Source of the DNA: Trichoplax adhaerens
Taxonomy: Eukaryota > Animalia > Placozoa
Assembly: GCF_000150275.1 (NCBI RefSeq)
Contig: NW_002060956.1
Span: forward strand, 1-64,000
Length of the DNA: 64,000 bases
Reading direction: 5' to 3'
In this document: positions 1 through 12,800 of the stretch, piece by piece
How the letters are laid out: each line of letters begins with the position of its first letter
Position numbering within the stretch: the stretch's first letter is position 1
Notes under the pieces: model-generated
Seen by the model: only the letters and a program-made list of their open reading frames with translations
The model's database searches: none
What the model was told of the DNA's origin: nothing
Position numbers and translations under genes: made by a program

Positions 1-858
1 TATAGATCTATTGGACTGAAATAGTTCTCGATATAAATCTAAGGTATCTAAGATGACAATAATGCTAAGTTCCATCTTAGGAGTATAACACTTGTAAACA
101 GCCTTTTACGTTGGAGTCTTCGCCTACTGTTTATCTTTAAGATTGAATGTAAGTAGTTACTTAGTTTGATATCTGTTTTTGACTTCAAGTAATCTCATAA
201 ATAAACGGTATGGCTCAATTTGCGAACTGAAAAACTAGGCGATATACGGAGATACACTGCTTTCGATCATGAACTGTAACTATGTATTGGGGATTCAGAA
301 TACAGTCCTACAATACGTACAATGGTTTCTTAAATTTAAATAAGGTAATCATCATCTACCATGACTACAAGTAATTCAACGGAATCTAAATTTAGGTTTA
401 ACTGCTATCGATTCAAACATGCTTTTAAGTATTACTTAAATTGGGTCATCTTACGTAACAGAATGTAATGTATAATTATTTCGATCTTTAACATACTGGT
501 AATCCAATCCTAAAGTAGATTACTCTCGAATATAAACGGTCATTAGCATTGATTTGACAGTAAATGCCATTTCATGATCAAAATCACGGAAATGTTAATA
601 AATATCTATCACTATTGACATCTATTTTAATTAGTATGAGTAAAAGCTGATTTTTATAGCCACCCTAAGACCGCGTACGGTCATCAACTTGATTCATTGA
701 TATTTATAATGATTATCGTTATCTCCTTGATTAGATTAATAGCTATTACTACACTGAGATAATTAGAAATCATACATAATCAAACTGATTAGATTTTTCA
801 GAATATTTGATGTAGTATTTCAAGTATTTTAACATTTTTTAAGAATAATATTACTAAC

Positions 859-2191
859 CTTGACCATTCATAGCGGTCGAATTTAAAATAGTTAATATTA
901 GACACAGAATCTGAAATGAATAAAAAAGTCATCATGAATTTCCCTCATGGAAAAATTGCTACCAATTATAATTATTAATTATGCAGTCTACATACTTAAT
1001 ATTATTAATAGATTTGAAATCGGATAGCATGGATATTAAGGAACTGATTTAAAAACTAATCACAGTAATCAGATTCATGTTAAAGTAAACTAATCGGTTG
1101 GAAATTGTGCAATTTTAAGATAGAGGGAATATTTTACTTCGTTGATCATCGAGTTTTTGTTGGTTAGGATTACGTAAAATTAGTTGAAAAAAGTTAATAT
1201 AATTATTATCGTCAAAGTGTCAATTGTCATTATTTCATCTATGAACATCTATGATTCCATTAAGGCTCTATTTAGATAAAATTTATTTACTATTTTTGCT
1301 ATTTTGCATTCTACTGTAAAATAATGTTTGTCAGCATGTAGATAACAGTAGTTACATCAAAATATCACTAAACGAATAAAAACTGAGAATTATGTAAAGG
1401 CATAACGGCTAAACACACATAACATATAAAACTAAATTCCTTGTCAGACTTCAAAATTAAATATTATTCAATTGGAAAATACTTTTTAATTAGAATACTA
1501 ATTATCAATCTAAGTACTATCACGACAGGTATAAAATCAATATGTATAAAATATTTATATACACGTCATAGATTCTTTGTGTGGAAAATATCCGAATAGA
1601 ACTCAATTTTACAAGTACAGGTTATAGTATTTTTTGATGAAAAGCATCAAAATTTAGGAGTAACTGAAATTGATCCGATTTCCATAGATCAGTCTATATC
1701 TACGATGCATTCTACTTCATTTCCAACATTCTAATGAGTTATCGCCATCAATTGCGACCGAGGATATTATCAGAATTAGCAGCCATTACATATGCGATAA
1801 CTTGCATATGAGTTTAACATATACATACTCGTTTACATATTATACACACTTTCAATAAAAGCGGTCCAAGTTGATGTAAGAGTAAATGAATATTTAAATA
1901 TTATTCTGATTATTTCTGTAGTATATGGTGTAAACTGCTTGATATGAGTTACCGAAAATAACATCCATCAATAATGACCTTGCATAGTAGCATAAACATA
2001 CAGAACAATAATCTATCAACGCGCACACTTTATGACATTGAATTATATCAGAGTGAAAGAAGTAGATAGAAACAAATAATATTATATTAGCATTCGCGAT
2101 CAGTCTATCCTTTCTCAAGCTTTCAAAAAAGATACAATATCATATGAAGCAATATAACTATAATTACCAAAATAATTTTAGCCAGGTCCAT
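859..2191 (-). CDS. 5' end (signal-peptide exons 1-2) of a further CTL-adhesion-GPCR paralog ('gene 0'); remainder lies beyond the left edge
   Basis: Exon 2191-2168 gives MDLAKIIL|gt and exon 910-859 gives ag|ILCLILTILNSTAMNGQ-G|gt. Sequence and phases match gene A exons 1-2 (MDLANIIL / ILCVILTPMKAE), and the upstream flank is also homologous. Confidence 0.8.
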
Positions 2192-2420
2192 CAGCCAGAG
2201 TAGAAATGAAATTGTTACGATAGCAGATGCGTATGTAAAGACAGCAACGATATACACTTATGAGAATAACACATTAACTCACTCACAACTAAATAAAATT
2301 TACAATGTTCTAAAGTAATTAGTGATGTTACTTTTATTTCAATTACTAATTGTTTCTTTCGTATCTGCTGCACCAGTGGTAATGCTATATTGAATTAATA
2401 TTTATCTTAAAATACGGAAA
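2192..2420 (-). promoter_or_regulatory. Conserved 5'UTR/proximal promoter block shared by gene 0 and gene A
   Basis: About 230 bp upstream of the ATG aligns with 22012-22225 (e.g. agaaatgaa.ttgtt, taaagaca..aacgata.acacttat, ttacaatgt, cttttrtttcaatt, caccagt). Confidence 0.55.
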
Positions 2421-4221
2421 TTGACCAAGTCTATGCACAATATATTAAAACACAATAAATGTCTGGAAAATTACATAACATAGCTCTCCAAGAAATGCTA
2501 GTTCATGTCTTTATAGAAGCTGAGAGAACTATTATGAAGGAAATAAATGTTCGTGTTATGCGTTAATGTTATAAACTAAGATTATTATGTAAATTATCAC
2601 CTGCGTCAAAATAATAATTAGAATTTTTATTTTTTAATTGTCTTGATATATTTGATACAATGAAGATAAACAGTAAATATTAACGTATTGTATATTGTTA
2701 CTATTAGTTTTCACAAAAATTACTTTTTCCTCTGTATATTTACTACCTTACTATCAATCTTTCGCATTAACTGATATGCCCTCTGCTGTACGTATTGTAG
2801 ATTTAGATTTTGCGATAGCGCATAATTTTTAATGAAGTAAAATCAAATGTATTTCTCATTGTAAGTCTTTATCTTTTTTGGTGTGTTCTAAAGTACCAGT
2901 ATACACTGCTAGTAAGAATAAATGAACATCTGATGATATGATCCGTTTAGTCTTTATAAGAAGATACTATGCGGTTCTATTTCTCTCTATTAGAAAAGCC
3001 GGTAAGAATAATCTCATTATGCGTTAAACCTATTGCAAAAATGGAAATTATACGTCACAACACCACAAAATAGTAAAGCAGTTGATATCCAACATATTTA
3101 ATGAGCAAAAATTAAGACTAAATTTAGAAACAAATTCGCAACTGATTACAATTTATAGCATCAATTACATCAATTAGAATATAAAGCTAACAATAGTAGA
3201 TGAAAAAAGAAAAGCTGCGATGAACAGTAGAACAATTACAGTTAATCAGATCAAGTTTGAATGTAATCATTACATGGAAACTTTTGCATAACTCAACATA
3301 ATACGGTAGTAATTTCTGTACCCATTATCGATTCAATATTCTAATGACCATTTTAAAGCGAAACAATTTGGTAATCTTACTGGTAAATTCAACTATCTAG
3401 CTTTCCAGTGTGATTTCTGATTCAATACAGTAGGATTCCAGTATTTAAGGTAACAAGTAGATCCAATTTTAGAGGTCATATTACCATTTAATTAACCAAT
3501 TAATCAAGATAACAACATCAAGAACATGGACAGATCATGATAAGCATGTCAATTTTGATCAGTAAAATTCGCTATTCGTTTAATCGACAAAATATTATTT
3601 AATGTTCTGCAGTTCTTTGTGTCTGTTTAATGTTGGTTTGTTTATTGTCTAATATTTCACTAGCGAAGTGATTATTAGTCGTCAGACATAGCGTGAATTG
3701 ATTTTACTACTGAATTAACTTTGATTTAAATTAAATTTATATATAGGTTACTTAACTGATATTCTATAGATAATTATAATCATATGATGTAGACCAACCA
3801 ACAACTAATCATCATTTGACTAGTTTTAACTGATGTAAGCGGATCGTTTTGTGATCTCAGTTACTGTAGGATGGTATAATTTCAGTCTATAATTTATGTG
3901 ATAGAATATATATGATACCATTTTTAAAATAAAAATTGCTTTGTAAATGCTTCCAGTGACCTTACCGTATATATGCGAATTTTAGTCACTGTACAATCCA
4001 TCTTGGTTAATTAATTAACAAAAGATTGATGACATGTGTGCACACAGTCTCACTGTATTTAAATAAGAAACAATGAAAAAATGTGACTAATGAGCCAATA
4101 TAGCATATCAAATGTTCAATTCCGAATATAGATTTATAAACACTGTCTAGATTCTCAATGAGTTGAACTAGCAGAAATGGATATAATTAGCAGTTAGTAA
4201 GAGTACAGGATTATATAGTAC

Positions 4222-4656
4222 TGTCACGGTACGAACTACCGTGAAGAAATAGCTATCTAAATTAGGTTAATATAATATAGCGATATTATATTACAACTAG
4301 TTACTTACAATAGGAATTACTCTAATTATAAATGTGTTACAGTAAATTTATTGCTGTGCTGTAATGTGTACTGAAATGATTCTGTGAATGGACATATTGT
4401 AGTCCGACTGTGAAAAACTAGTTAGTAGATGTTCTCACCCAAGTATTTTCATAAGATGACTTGTGAATGTTAGCTGCTGTAGAAGGGTATATAAACCCGT
4501 CAGATAGTTGAATAAAGCAGTTCTCAATTGTATAGTTGTTTTAACGTAGAATCAAAGGCGTCTAAATTCTTGTAAGTAGGGATACTGAATCCTGGAGACT
4601 ATAGTAATTTAGAGATTTGTTTTACGTTATCCTTGTCACGAAGCTGGTTTGTGACA
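4222..4656 (+). mobile_element. Solo LTR, family R1 (~435 bp)
   Basis: TGTCAC...GTGACA termini, flanked by AGTAC/AGTAC, TATA-like tatataaa ~4488 and AATAAA ~4511. Very similar inverted copies at 44760-45194 and 63303-63738. Confidence 0.85.
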
Positions 4657-4676
4657 AGTACAGGATTATATAATAC

Positions 4677-5304
4677 TGTCACAAAACAGCTTTGCAACAA
4701 GATAACGTAATGTACGATCAATAATTCAATTCCTTGAACCACGCATCAAGGAACGATATCTGCACTATCAGAAACACTTTTGCTCTACTAGCAGACTACA
4801 CAAAGACTTAAACGCCTCGTATTTTACGTTAAACTAAGTTTGAGAATTCACTTTATTACACGATATACTGCATTTATATACCATTCCTCAATAGTTCATG
4901 AGTCATAGTTAATACAATTAACATTAGAATCATTTACTGAATTAGATATTAATTTTAGCTACTGCTCCCTTAATGCAGACAACAGTATTTACGAACATAG
5001 ACATGTAATGACTAATACAGAATAGTCAGATTATGATATGTCCTATCACGGAACATTTCCATGATAATTTACAATCTATCATAAGTAAATTACGATCACA
5101 ATGATTCGAATTGTAAGTAGATGATTTGCATTCCCTATTATAACTATTAATTTCAGTATGTGTATAAATGTCACTGTCATTAAAAGTCAGTGCTATATCA
5201 AAATACAGTATATCCAAATTAGAAGTTAACTAAATAAGGATAGGCTAACAGAATTATCCTAACATAGATATTTCTACTCTAATACAGTATATAACACTGT
5301 AATA
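4677..5304 (-). mobile_element. Solo LTR, family R2 (related to R1)
   Basis: TGTCAC start, degenerate TGTAATA end, AATAC/AATAC TSD. Homologous to 25173-25663. Minus-strand TATA and AATAAA. Confidence 0.75.
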
Positions 5305-5929
5305 AATACTGTGTAAAACATATCGAATATCAAAACAGTGCAGCGACTATCTACTGCTTTCACGAAATATCTCCTTGAAAACCGCTAACGATTCCATATA
5401 ACTGTTAAATTTGTAGTCCCCACAGAGGATATGGTAATCATCTCACTTCTTGTATGAAGAAAATTTTTGAATAAATTGTCTAAGCGGAAATTGATAATAC
5501 TGTACGTATTTCAAAATATTTCTTAACGCTAATCTACGCTTCAATTTAACTCTAGGGATCATTTGTAACCTATGACATGTGTTATGTCATAGTAGAGATT
5601 TTGACTTTTCTATATATAGATAATTCATGCTTATTACTTATTTGGTTCTAATATATTACCACACCTGAGAATATAATTTTCATCTGTAACAATTTCAATT
5701 AGCATTGCGAAGCAAATGGTTCAATTCTTTATAACTATGTGTATGCCTACTCATACCTCTTGTACCGCAAATAAGCAAGGCCACTACATGTTATAAAATA
5801 CACTTTCTAGCAATAGACAATAGTAATGTAGAAAATAACGTTGAAATTGAAGTTTGCTATTCAGGATTAAAGCCATATAATGGTCCCAAGTTGTTATTAC
5901 GTCTTCAAGTAACATGAAAATAACATTAA

Positions 5930-7645
5930 TTAATGATGATAATATTCACTTCTTTTATGGTTGGCTGACGTAATTGATTAATCGCAAGCCGAAGCTAAGG
6001 TAGAACCACTATTTTGGGGATGAATAAGGTATTTAAAGTAATGATAGGCGTATTTTAAGAAAAATGTTAACAAATCAGTTATAATTATCAGGGTAACGGG
6101 GTAAGTATCAAATAAACGCTGATAGTTTGTAGAAAGCATTATGCAACTAATTCATATAGTCCTAGAAAACTTCAATATATGCTATACAATTGATCTTACG
6201 GTACTAACCAAATGGCTGCTCTAACAAACTCGTTAGATGAATGCAGTTCTGATCAAATGCATTAGTTTGGATTGAGAAAGGAAAAATATGATTTAATAAA
6301 TTATTAGCAAGGGTCGCTCATAAATTATGAATTCACTAAATATTCGAGGTATTTATTGACCAATATTATAAAGCAGTAATTGATGCCACTACAAGGCTAT
6401 CATTTTAAATCATTAATAAACCATTCTCAAGGGAATGAGTATAACTAATTGAGATTATGTGGTATCTTATTTAAATTGATCGGATCTTGTGTAATATCTC
6501 CATTGTCGTACGGCAAATTCTCCAAAGAAGCTAAAATAAGTTGTATTTTAATACTACGAGTTGAATGCACATTTTTATTCTATGAATAAATTTAGAGAAT
6601 GGATAAAGAGTTCAAATTATGTGCATGAAATCTTACGTAAAGTTACTGTATGCTATACATTGATAATAGCTTCTAGATTTAAATTATTTAATATAAAATA
6701 TCAATGATTCAATAGTCAAACAAATAATTAATTACAGATTTGAAACTTTATATAAAGCCAGCTATCTTAGAAACCTATAATACATGGGAATGGCAAATAG
6801 TACTCGTATATCTCTGCTAGGTTCTCCATCAGATTAGTTTTGAAGTATCATTGTACTGAGTTTCAATCTTTCTCGACTGTAACCTTACACCTAAAATCAG
6901 TTAAATTAGATATGATATAAATTAATGTTGCTAACAACCATCTATGTATATTGCTATAGCAGATATCGCACTATGATTATTTAGCACGATTACACTCAGT
7001 ATGTTGCTAAGTTATTAATGAATACTTTTGAAGCTTAATATATTTTTCCGTGTAATAATAATTCTAAAATCAGTCATCGAAAACTCACATCGCGATCTCG
7101 AAAGTAGTGAACGTAAAAAATTAACAAGCTCTTTATATGAAAACAACCCAAAATATTATCATTAGTGTCAACCAAATATTATAGAACCTGATACCCTTCC
7201 TTTTGGATAAGCTAGAAATAAAATTACACTTGATACAGTATCGGAATGAAAATTTGCCAGTGGGTAATTCAATAATGTAAACATATAAGCAAAGGCGATA
7301 TTATCTGTCGTGTGCTATACGATACCAATTAGCCAAGATATACCAAAAAGAAAAATTAATGAAGTAACAGCTCTGATTTCAACTTTGCAAGAGAAGAATA
7401 TACTTTGATTAAATTATATGCTGAATGCTACTATGCTACACGCAAAGTGCTTTAATTGTCGTAATTGCGATAAAAATTGCGAAACTGTTCTAATTTAGTA
7501 CCTATCAATATCATGGATGTCTCGGCAATTGAATTGTAAAAACAATTCTTTACTATACTTGACCTGTTGAATTTCAGATTTTGAGACCACAGCCGTAATA
7601 GAGAAAAAAGAATTTTATAGCAAAAATCGTAACACCAAGGTTACA
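5930..7645 (-). pseudogene. 5'-truncated adhesion-GPCR pseudogene (TM5b to C-tail exons only)
   Basis: Seven exons homologous to gene A exons 19-25. Lesions: +1 frameshift in a T-run ~7614-7619, TAG 7317-7315, TAA 6887-6885, 6836-6834 and 5980-5978, acceptor mutated to CAA ~7385, donor lost ~6462. Intron homology to gene A continues to ~7920 and then stops. Confidence 0.9.
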
Positions 7646-7964
7646 CTAAGAAATTTCTTAGAGAAAGATATTAAAACATTACGAATCGCTAAAGATATTA
7701 TAATAAATTCAAGTTTATTTTTATACTATACTATTAAGTTAGGTATTTAAAAGAATCAATTTTAATACCAATCTGATATTGGTACAGATTAAAGAATCAT
7801 AAACGGTTACGAAAATACATTCTCTATACAAGAATATCTGAGTATTGATATCCTTTATCATAAATAGCGCAGTAATTACTCAAGAGAAGCATTCAATATT
7901 GATTAATTATTAGTTCAACAAAATGGTGCAGTAAAGGGATATTTTAGTTATGATACGTAGATAT

Positions 7965-8355
7965 TGTTGGGATATAGTAATTAATTATATTAGATCTGAC
8001 TATCTATTCAATTCATTAGTCAGGAAATAGAAGTTACCAACGAGTAACTAAACAATAACTAAATCAATAGGGATATCTTACCAACAAGTAACCAGATCAG
8101 TCTTCGCCAACTCTCCTCCTCGTACTTAGCTCTCACAGCCTTAAATACTGTCTCTTTTATGCACTCATATTTAGTACAAGTTACCAAGTTTAGATAATTA
8201 TACTAAATCGGGAGTCATATCTAAATCTTGATATTAAATACTAAAAGCTTGCTTTAAATGAGCAGCTTGTGTTACAACCGTACGCGGTAATTTGCCGTTT
8301 GTATCTCATTAGTTAGTTATCAACTCTTTTAACCCCTTGGCTGCGTAGTCAGGAA
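7965..8355 (+). mobile_element. Possible degenerate LTR with PBS-like motif at the pseudogene breakpoint
   Basis: TGTT start, TATA-like and ATTAAA motifs, then TGGCTGCGTAGTCAGGA (loosely like a tRNA-Ser primer site). No second copy in the window. Confidence 0.3.
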
Positions 8356-9357
8356 GTATGTTTGCATCCATTACAAGGCTATTGGATTCAAACGACGAAC
8401 GACCAAAATATGAAAATTGTATATTTTCAGCTGCATGTCGCCAACTTCTAACGAACAAATATAGATGGTCGTTCAGTTACAGGTTTTGCATAGAAAGGTA
8501 CCACTTAGTCATTGCATTAGCAGTAAACATAATAACATGAACATAACAGAAATCATCAGATTCATCTTACCACAAGAATTAGAAATGATTGGGCCAGCAA
8601 AATGCTATATTAGAGGACTTGCATTCCAATTCAACAACTTTCGCAATCATGGTTGTCATTCATAGCGAGTAACCGAAATAGAAATATATCACATACGCAT
8701 ATTCGTATCTGGAACATACTATTTTGGGTTGCGATATGCATCTATTCCAATATACTCTGATATGGCGTCTACTATAGCTAAGGGTGCTAATTTGAAAAGC
8801 GTTTGAAAGCCCAATTGAATATGTTGCATAAAGAATGGATTAAAATCGACAAAAAATTTGACAAGGTTAACAATAATTGCTTAATCTTAAAGGTTGTATT
8901 ATTATTTCTTAATATAAACTTGAATGCAAATAACCATAATCTACTAGTTGTTGCTATTACGTTGCTATTAGAACCACTGTTGACTGAAAACTGGATAGTA
9001 AAGGCTGCCTATATATACTGAGACTCAAAAAAAGACCGAGTTTGTAGAAGCAAAAAAATGATCTATTAGCTACCGTTGTTCATTTACTGACTCTATAACT
9101 ACTATGAATCAATAAACAAGTCAATAATGACTGATTAATTATCAGCAAGAGAACTGTTACCATTGCTTATGAGCGCACTTGCTGTCAAAGTAATACATAA
9201 TAATTTTGTAGTTACTCCTGCTACTTGTAGCATTAGCGAGATTATAACTAACTTAAAATAGCTGTTGACGTTAGTATAGGAGATCCTATATTAGGAGAGA
9301 TATCCAATCTGTTAGTAGAAGCTCCTGCTGAATGAATTAGGAAACTATAGTTACTTG

Positions 9358-9542
9358 CGGAGTCCTGTAAAGGAGTGAAAACGCAACCCGAACCCGATAA
9401 AACACGATCAAATTGTTGATTTTCTAACCCAAAAATGAGTGTAATCGCTATACAAATACTGTATTACCACAGGAATTCTTAACCCGAATCCACCCTCGAG
9501 TAAGGTTCAAGTCAGGTTTCGGGTTGACTTTGAAGGACCCTG
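9358..9542. mobile_element. hAT-like MITE (185 bp)
   Basis: Imperfect TIRs CGGAGTCC / GGACCCTG, subterminal inverted CAACCCGAACCCGA / TCAGGTTTCGGGTTG, 8-bp TSD GTTACTTG/GTAACTTG. Confidence 0.65.
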
Positions 9543-9690
9543 GTAACTTGTAAGATGGTAGATGATGTCTTGCAAGTTGTATATAAAGTGAAATCTTTCT
9601 GTAATTTGTTAGTTCTTATCCTTTGTTAACATTATATTCCCAGCAAATTCAAATAAAAGCAATTACTATACGCGGACACTTTCTTTGGAT

Positions 9691-9769
9691 TTAAACTTTA
9701 TTACAACAGTCAATCTGCATGATATGACGAGCGCAAGCCGAAGCCAAGGCGGCAATGCTAGCACATTCG
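9691..9769 (-). CDS. Duplicated (candidate alternative) terminal exon of gene A
   Basis: CAG acceptor, phase 2, open: (S)ECASIAALASACARHIMQIDCCNKV*. Paralogous to the proximal terminal exon (ISVATLASTCDH...). Confidence 0.5.
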
Positions 9770-9892
9770 CTGACAGTATTGAATAATACACACGGGAATA
9801 ATTTAAAAGTTAAATTTTTCTATCTAAAATAACAATTTTTTAGGACCAAATTTCAATATATTGCATAATATCTTCAAAAATGAAAATACTAT

Positions 9893-12800
9893 TCAAGGAT
9901 CAACAGGAATTGTATTTTCAGTTAATCGGTATGGTCCATGATCGCAAGTCGAAGCCAAGGTGGCAACACTAATCCTAAAATGATTAGGTAATCATCAGTA
10001 TTGTTAGATACATACTTCAGAAAATTCTCAATGTTATTTATAACTCGTAACAATCGAAACTTAAAATGAATGTCATAACTTAACGCAATTATTCTGCAGC
10101 CAAAAAATCAAAAAAAATGGCATAGCTACTTAAACTAACCTCTTTGATAGATATGTTCCTGATCAAGGTAATGATTCAAACAATAGAATTAAAAAATATA
10201 ATTTGATGAGTTAATTAAAACGAACACTTACAAATCCTGAAGTTACTAAATATTTCACAAGTGTTTATCAGCAATAATTCTACAGCATTCAGTAACAATT
10301 GCTACGCTCTTACTATTTTAAGCCTTTCATAACTACTGCATACCTAAACGAATGAATAGAGCTAAATCAGATTACCTGTTATTTTATTAAGACTAATCGG
10401 ATCTTGTGGAATAACTTCGCAGTCTTGAGATCCATTCTCTGAAGAAACTGGAAGTAAAGGTATTTTGATAACACGCCTATAACGCGTGTTTTCATCCTAT
10501 TTTAAAAGATTGCAAAAAAATGAATAGCATGAAATCTTACATACTACGAAAGCTTACGTGAGATTATACTACTTTTGGATGCTGACTTTATTTTAAAGTA
10601 AATTAATCAAGATTAATCAATGCAAAATATTTCAGCATCTAAATTTTATTATATAATTAAAATTATGTCTTAACCAGCTATCTTAAGATATTTTACGAGA
10701 ATAGCCATTTGTACCCGCGTATCTCTACTAGCTTCGCCCATAGATCGGGTTGGAAAAATCGAATTGACGAAATTAAACCTTGTCCGAATATAATCTTGCA
10801 TCTGAAATCAATAGAATTAATTCCGTAACCTAATAGCTTTAGCTATCATCAATTCACTGCTATAATAAGCACTCCTACTTATCCGCCACTACTTAGTAAT
10901 CTAGTTATAGTCGCAAAATAATGTATTAAAAGTTATTAATTCCATAGCTGAATCTAGGTATACAGTATGTACAATAATAACTAAAATTAATCTTTAAAAC
11001 TTACATTATGATCTCGAAAGCAATGGAAGTAAAAGATTAACAACCCCTTCGTACAAAAGTAAGTCAAGATACTATCATTAGTGTCAAATTAATCTTTACC
11101 GTACCACACCAAATTGTCTTCTTCAAGGATAGAAGAGCTAGTAGCTAAATTAGAATTGATTTATTTCTCAAGAAACATGATCACTTACCTGTGGGCAATT
11201 TAAAATCGTGAATAAGTAAGCAAATACGGTTTCACTGGTTGCATAGTACAAGATCCCAAACAGCCAAGAAATACCAAAGAGGAAGATTAACGAAGCCACT
11301 GCTTTTATTCCAACTCTACAAGTGAAGGATAGGAGTATTTTGATTAAAATCATCATATTAGTTGTTAGCTCACTAAACTATTAGTAAAATACTTTAATTG
11401 CAGTAAATAAAGCAACAATCATAGAATACAGTAAGAGATTTATTCCTCGTATATCTACTCTAAATTATAATTACAACTGCTTAATTCAGCACTATAACAG
11501 CATTGTAGATATCTAGCAATTGAATCAAGGAATAATTCTTTGCTGTACTTGAACTTTTGCATTTCAGATTTTCGGACCATAGCCTTGATTGAGAAAAGCG
11601 ATTTGATTGCCAAAGTCATAATGACAACGTTACACTAACAAAAGTTTCGTTAAGAAAGTAAAATTAAAACTCTGCTTAGCGAACAGAATATTACAATAAA
11701 CCCAAGTTAGCATCTTGCAATGGTAATATTAAATGGGGCAACTACAAAATATCAATCCATTCACAATTCTAGTGTTTTGCGTAGATTAAGAAATCAAAAC
11801 TATAGCCAAAGTAACATTATTCGTACAAGAATGATTGATCAGCGATACTCATTATCATACACAGTGAATAAAGCATTCAAGAGAGGCAGTGAATATTAAT
11901 CATCAAGCTAGACAAAGAATAGTTCTTCGACATTTCAATCATCTTATATAATAAGTGTTTAATATCTCACCATCATAATTAATATAACTGGACCAACAAA
12001 AAACCACATTTGAGCGCTTGTATTTCTAATCCAGCAACTATCACAATAAATGTTATTATGTCCAAATTAATCGAACCAAACTGCATAATCTGCGGTATCT
12101 GATATTGGTATTTGAAACTTACTAATTTGGATTACGATATGCATCTATCCCCGTAGATGCAGATATGCCAACAATTATGGCAGGCAACACTAGTTTAAAA
12201 GCCATTGGATAGAATATGGAAAGATAATATATATATATATAGAATAAGTAACATGAGCATTTGGAACAGTGAATGATACTTATTTGATAGCTAAGAGGGG
12301 ACAACTTCTAAAATAACTGTCTGTCAATGTTATGACCACACCTTAGTTAGTAAAAATATCCAAAAGCTAGAATATTGACTATTAATACTTAAACGATAGT
12401 AGTTGCGAACTCTTAAAAGAAAATGATGCAATTGAGTTCTAAGCACTTACTCCATCCTAAAACAAAGTATATTCGTCGAATTCCTAGGTCCACATTTTTT
12501 CGTATCTTAGAAATTTTTCGAAAAATAAGCAAAGATTCCATCATCATCCACGTTAAGCTAGCCAAATAGAGAAAGTGTAATCCAATGGCAATGATAGTAC
12601 ATAGAATCTAAAAGAATACGAAAAATTATTATTTTATTCGTAATGATAGCAGCTTTGACGAATTAAATTGATCAGCTTTTGACTACTTAAGATAATAAAT
12701 ATAACTTAATAAACGTCTAGAAGAGGTCATATTATTTGCATGGGTTATAGATTACCATAGCAAATATCTTTTAAATTCATTATAATAAATAGCTTTATCT

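Noticed and set aside
8358-9021. Short plus-strand ORFs as gag or a host gene
   Set aside because: No recognisable motif or splice structure; cannot be supported by eye.
9922-9974. 'LPPWLRLA' reading of the terminal exon (and ORF 25861-26049) as the main C-terminus
   Set aside because: Synonymous changes among copies and the phase-shifting microexon support the S-V-x-T-L-x-S-A-C-D frame.
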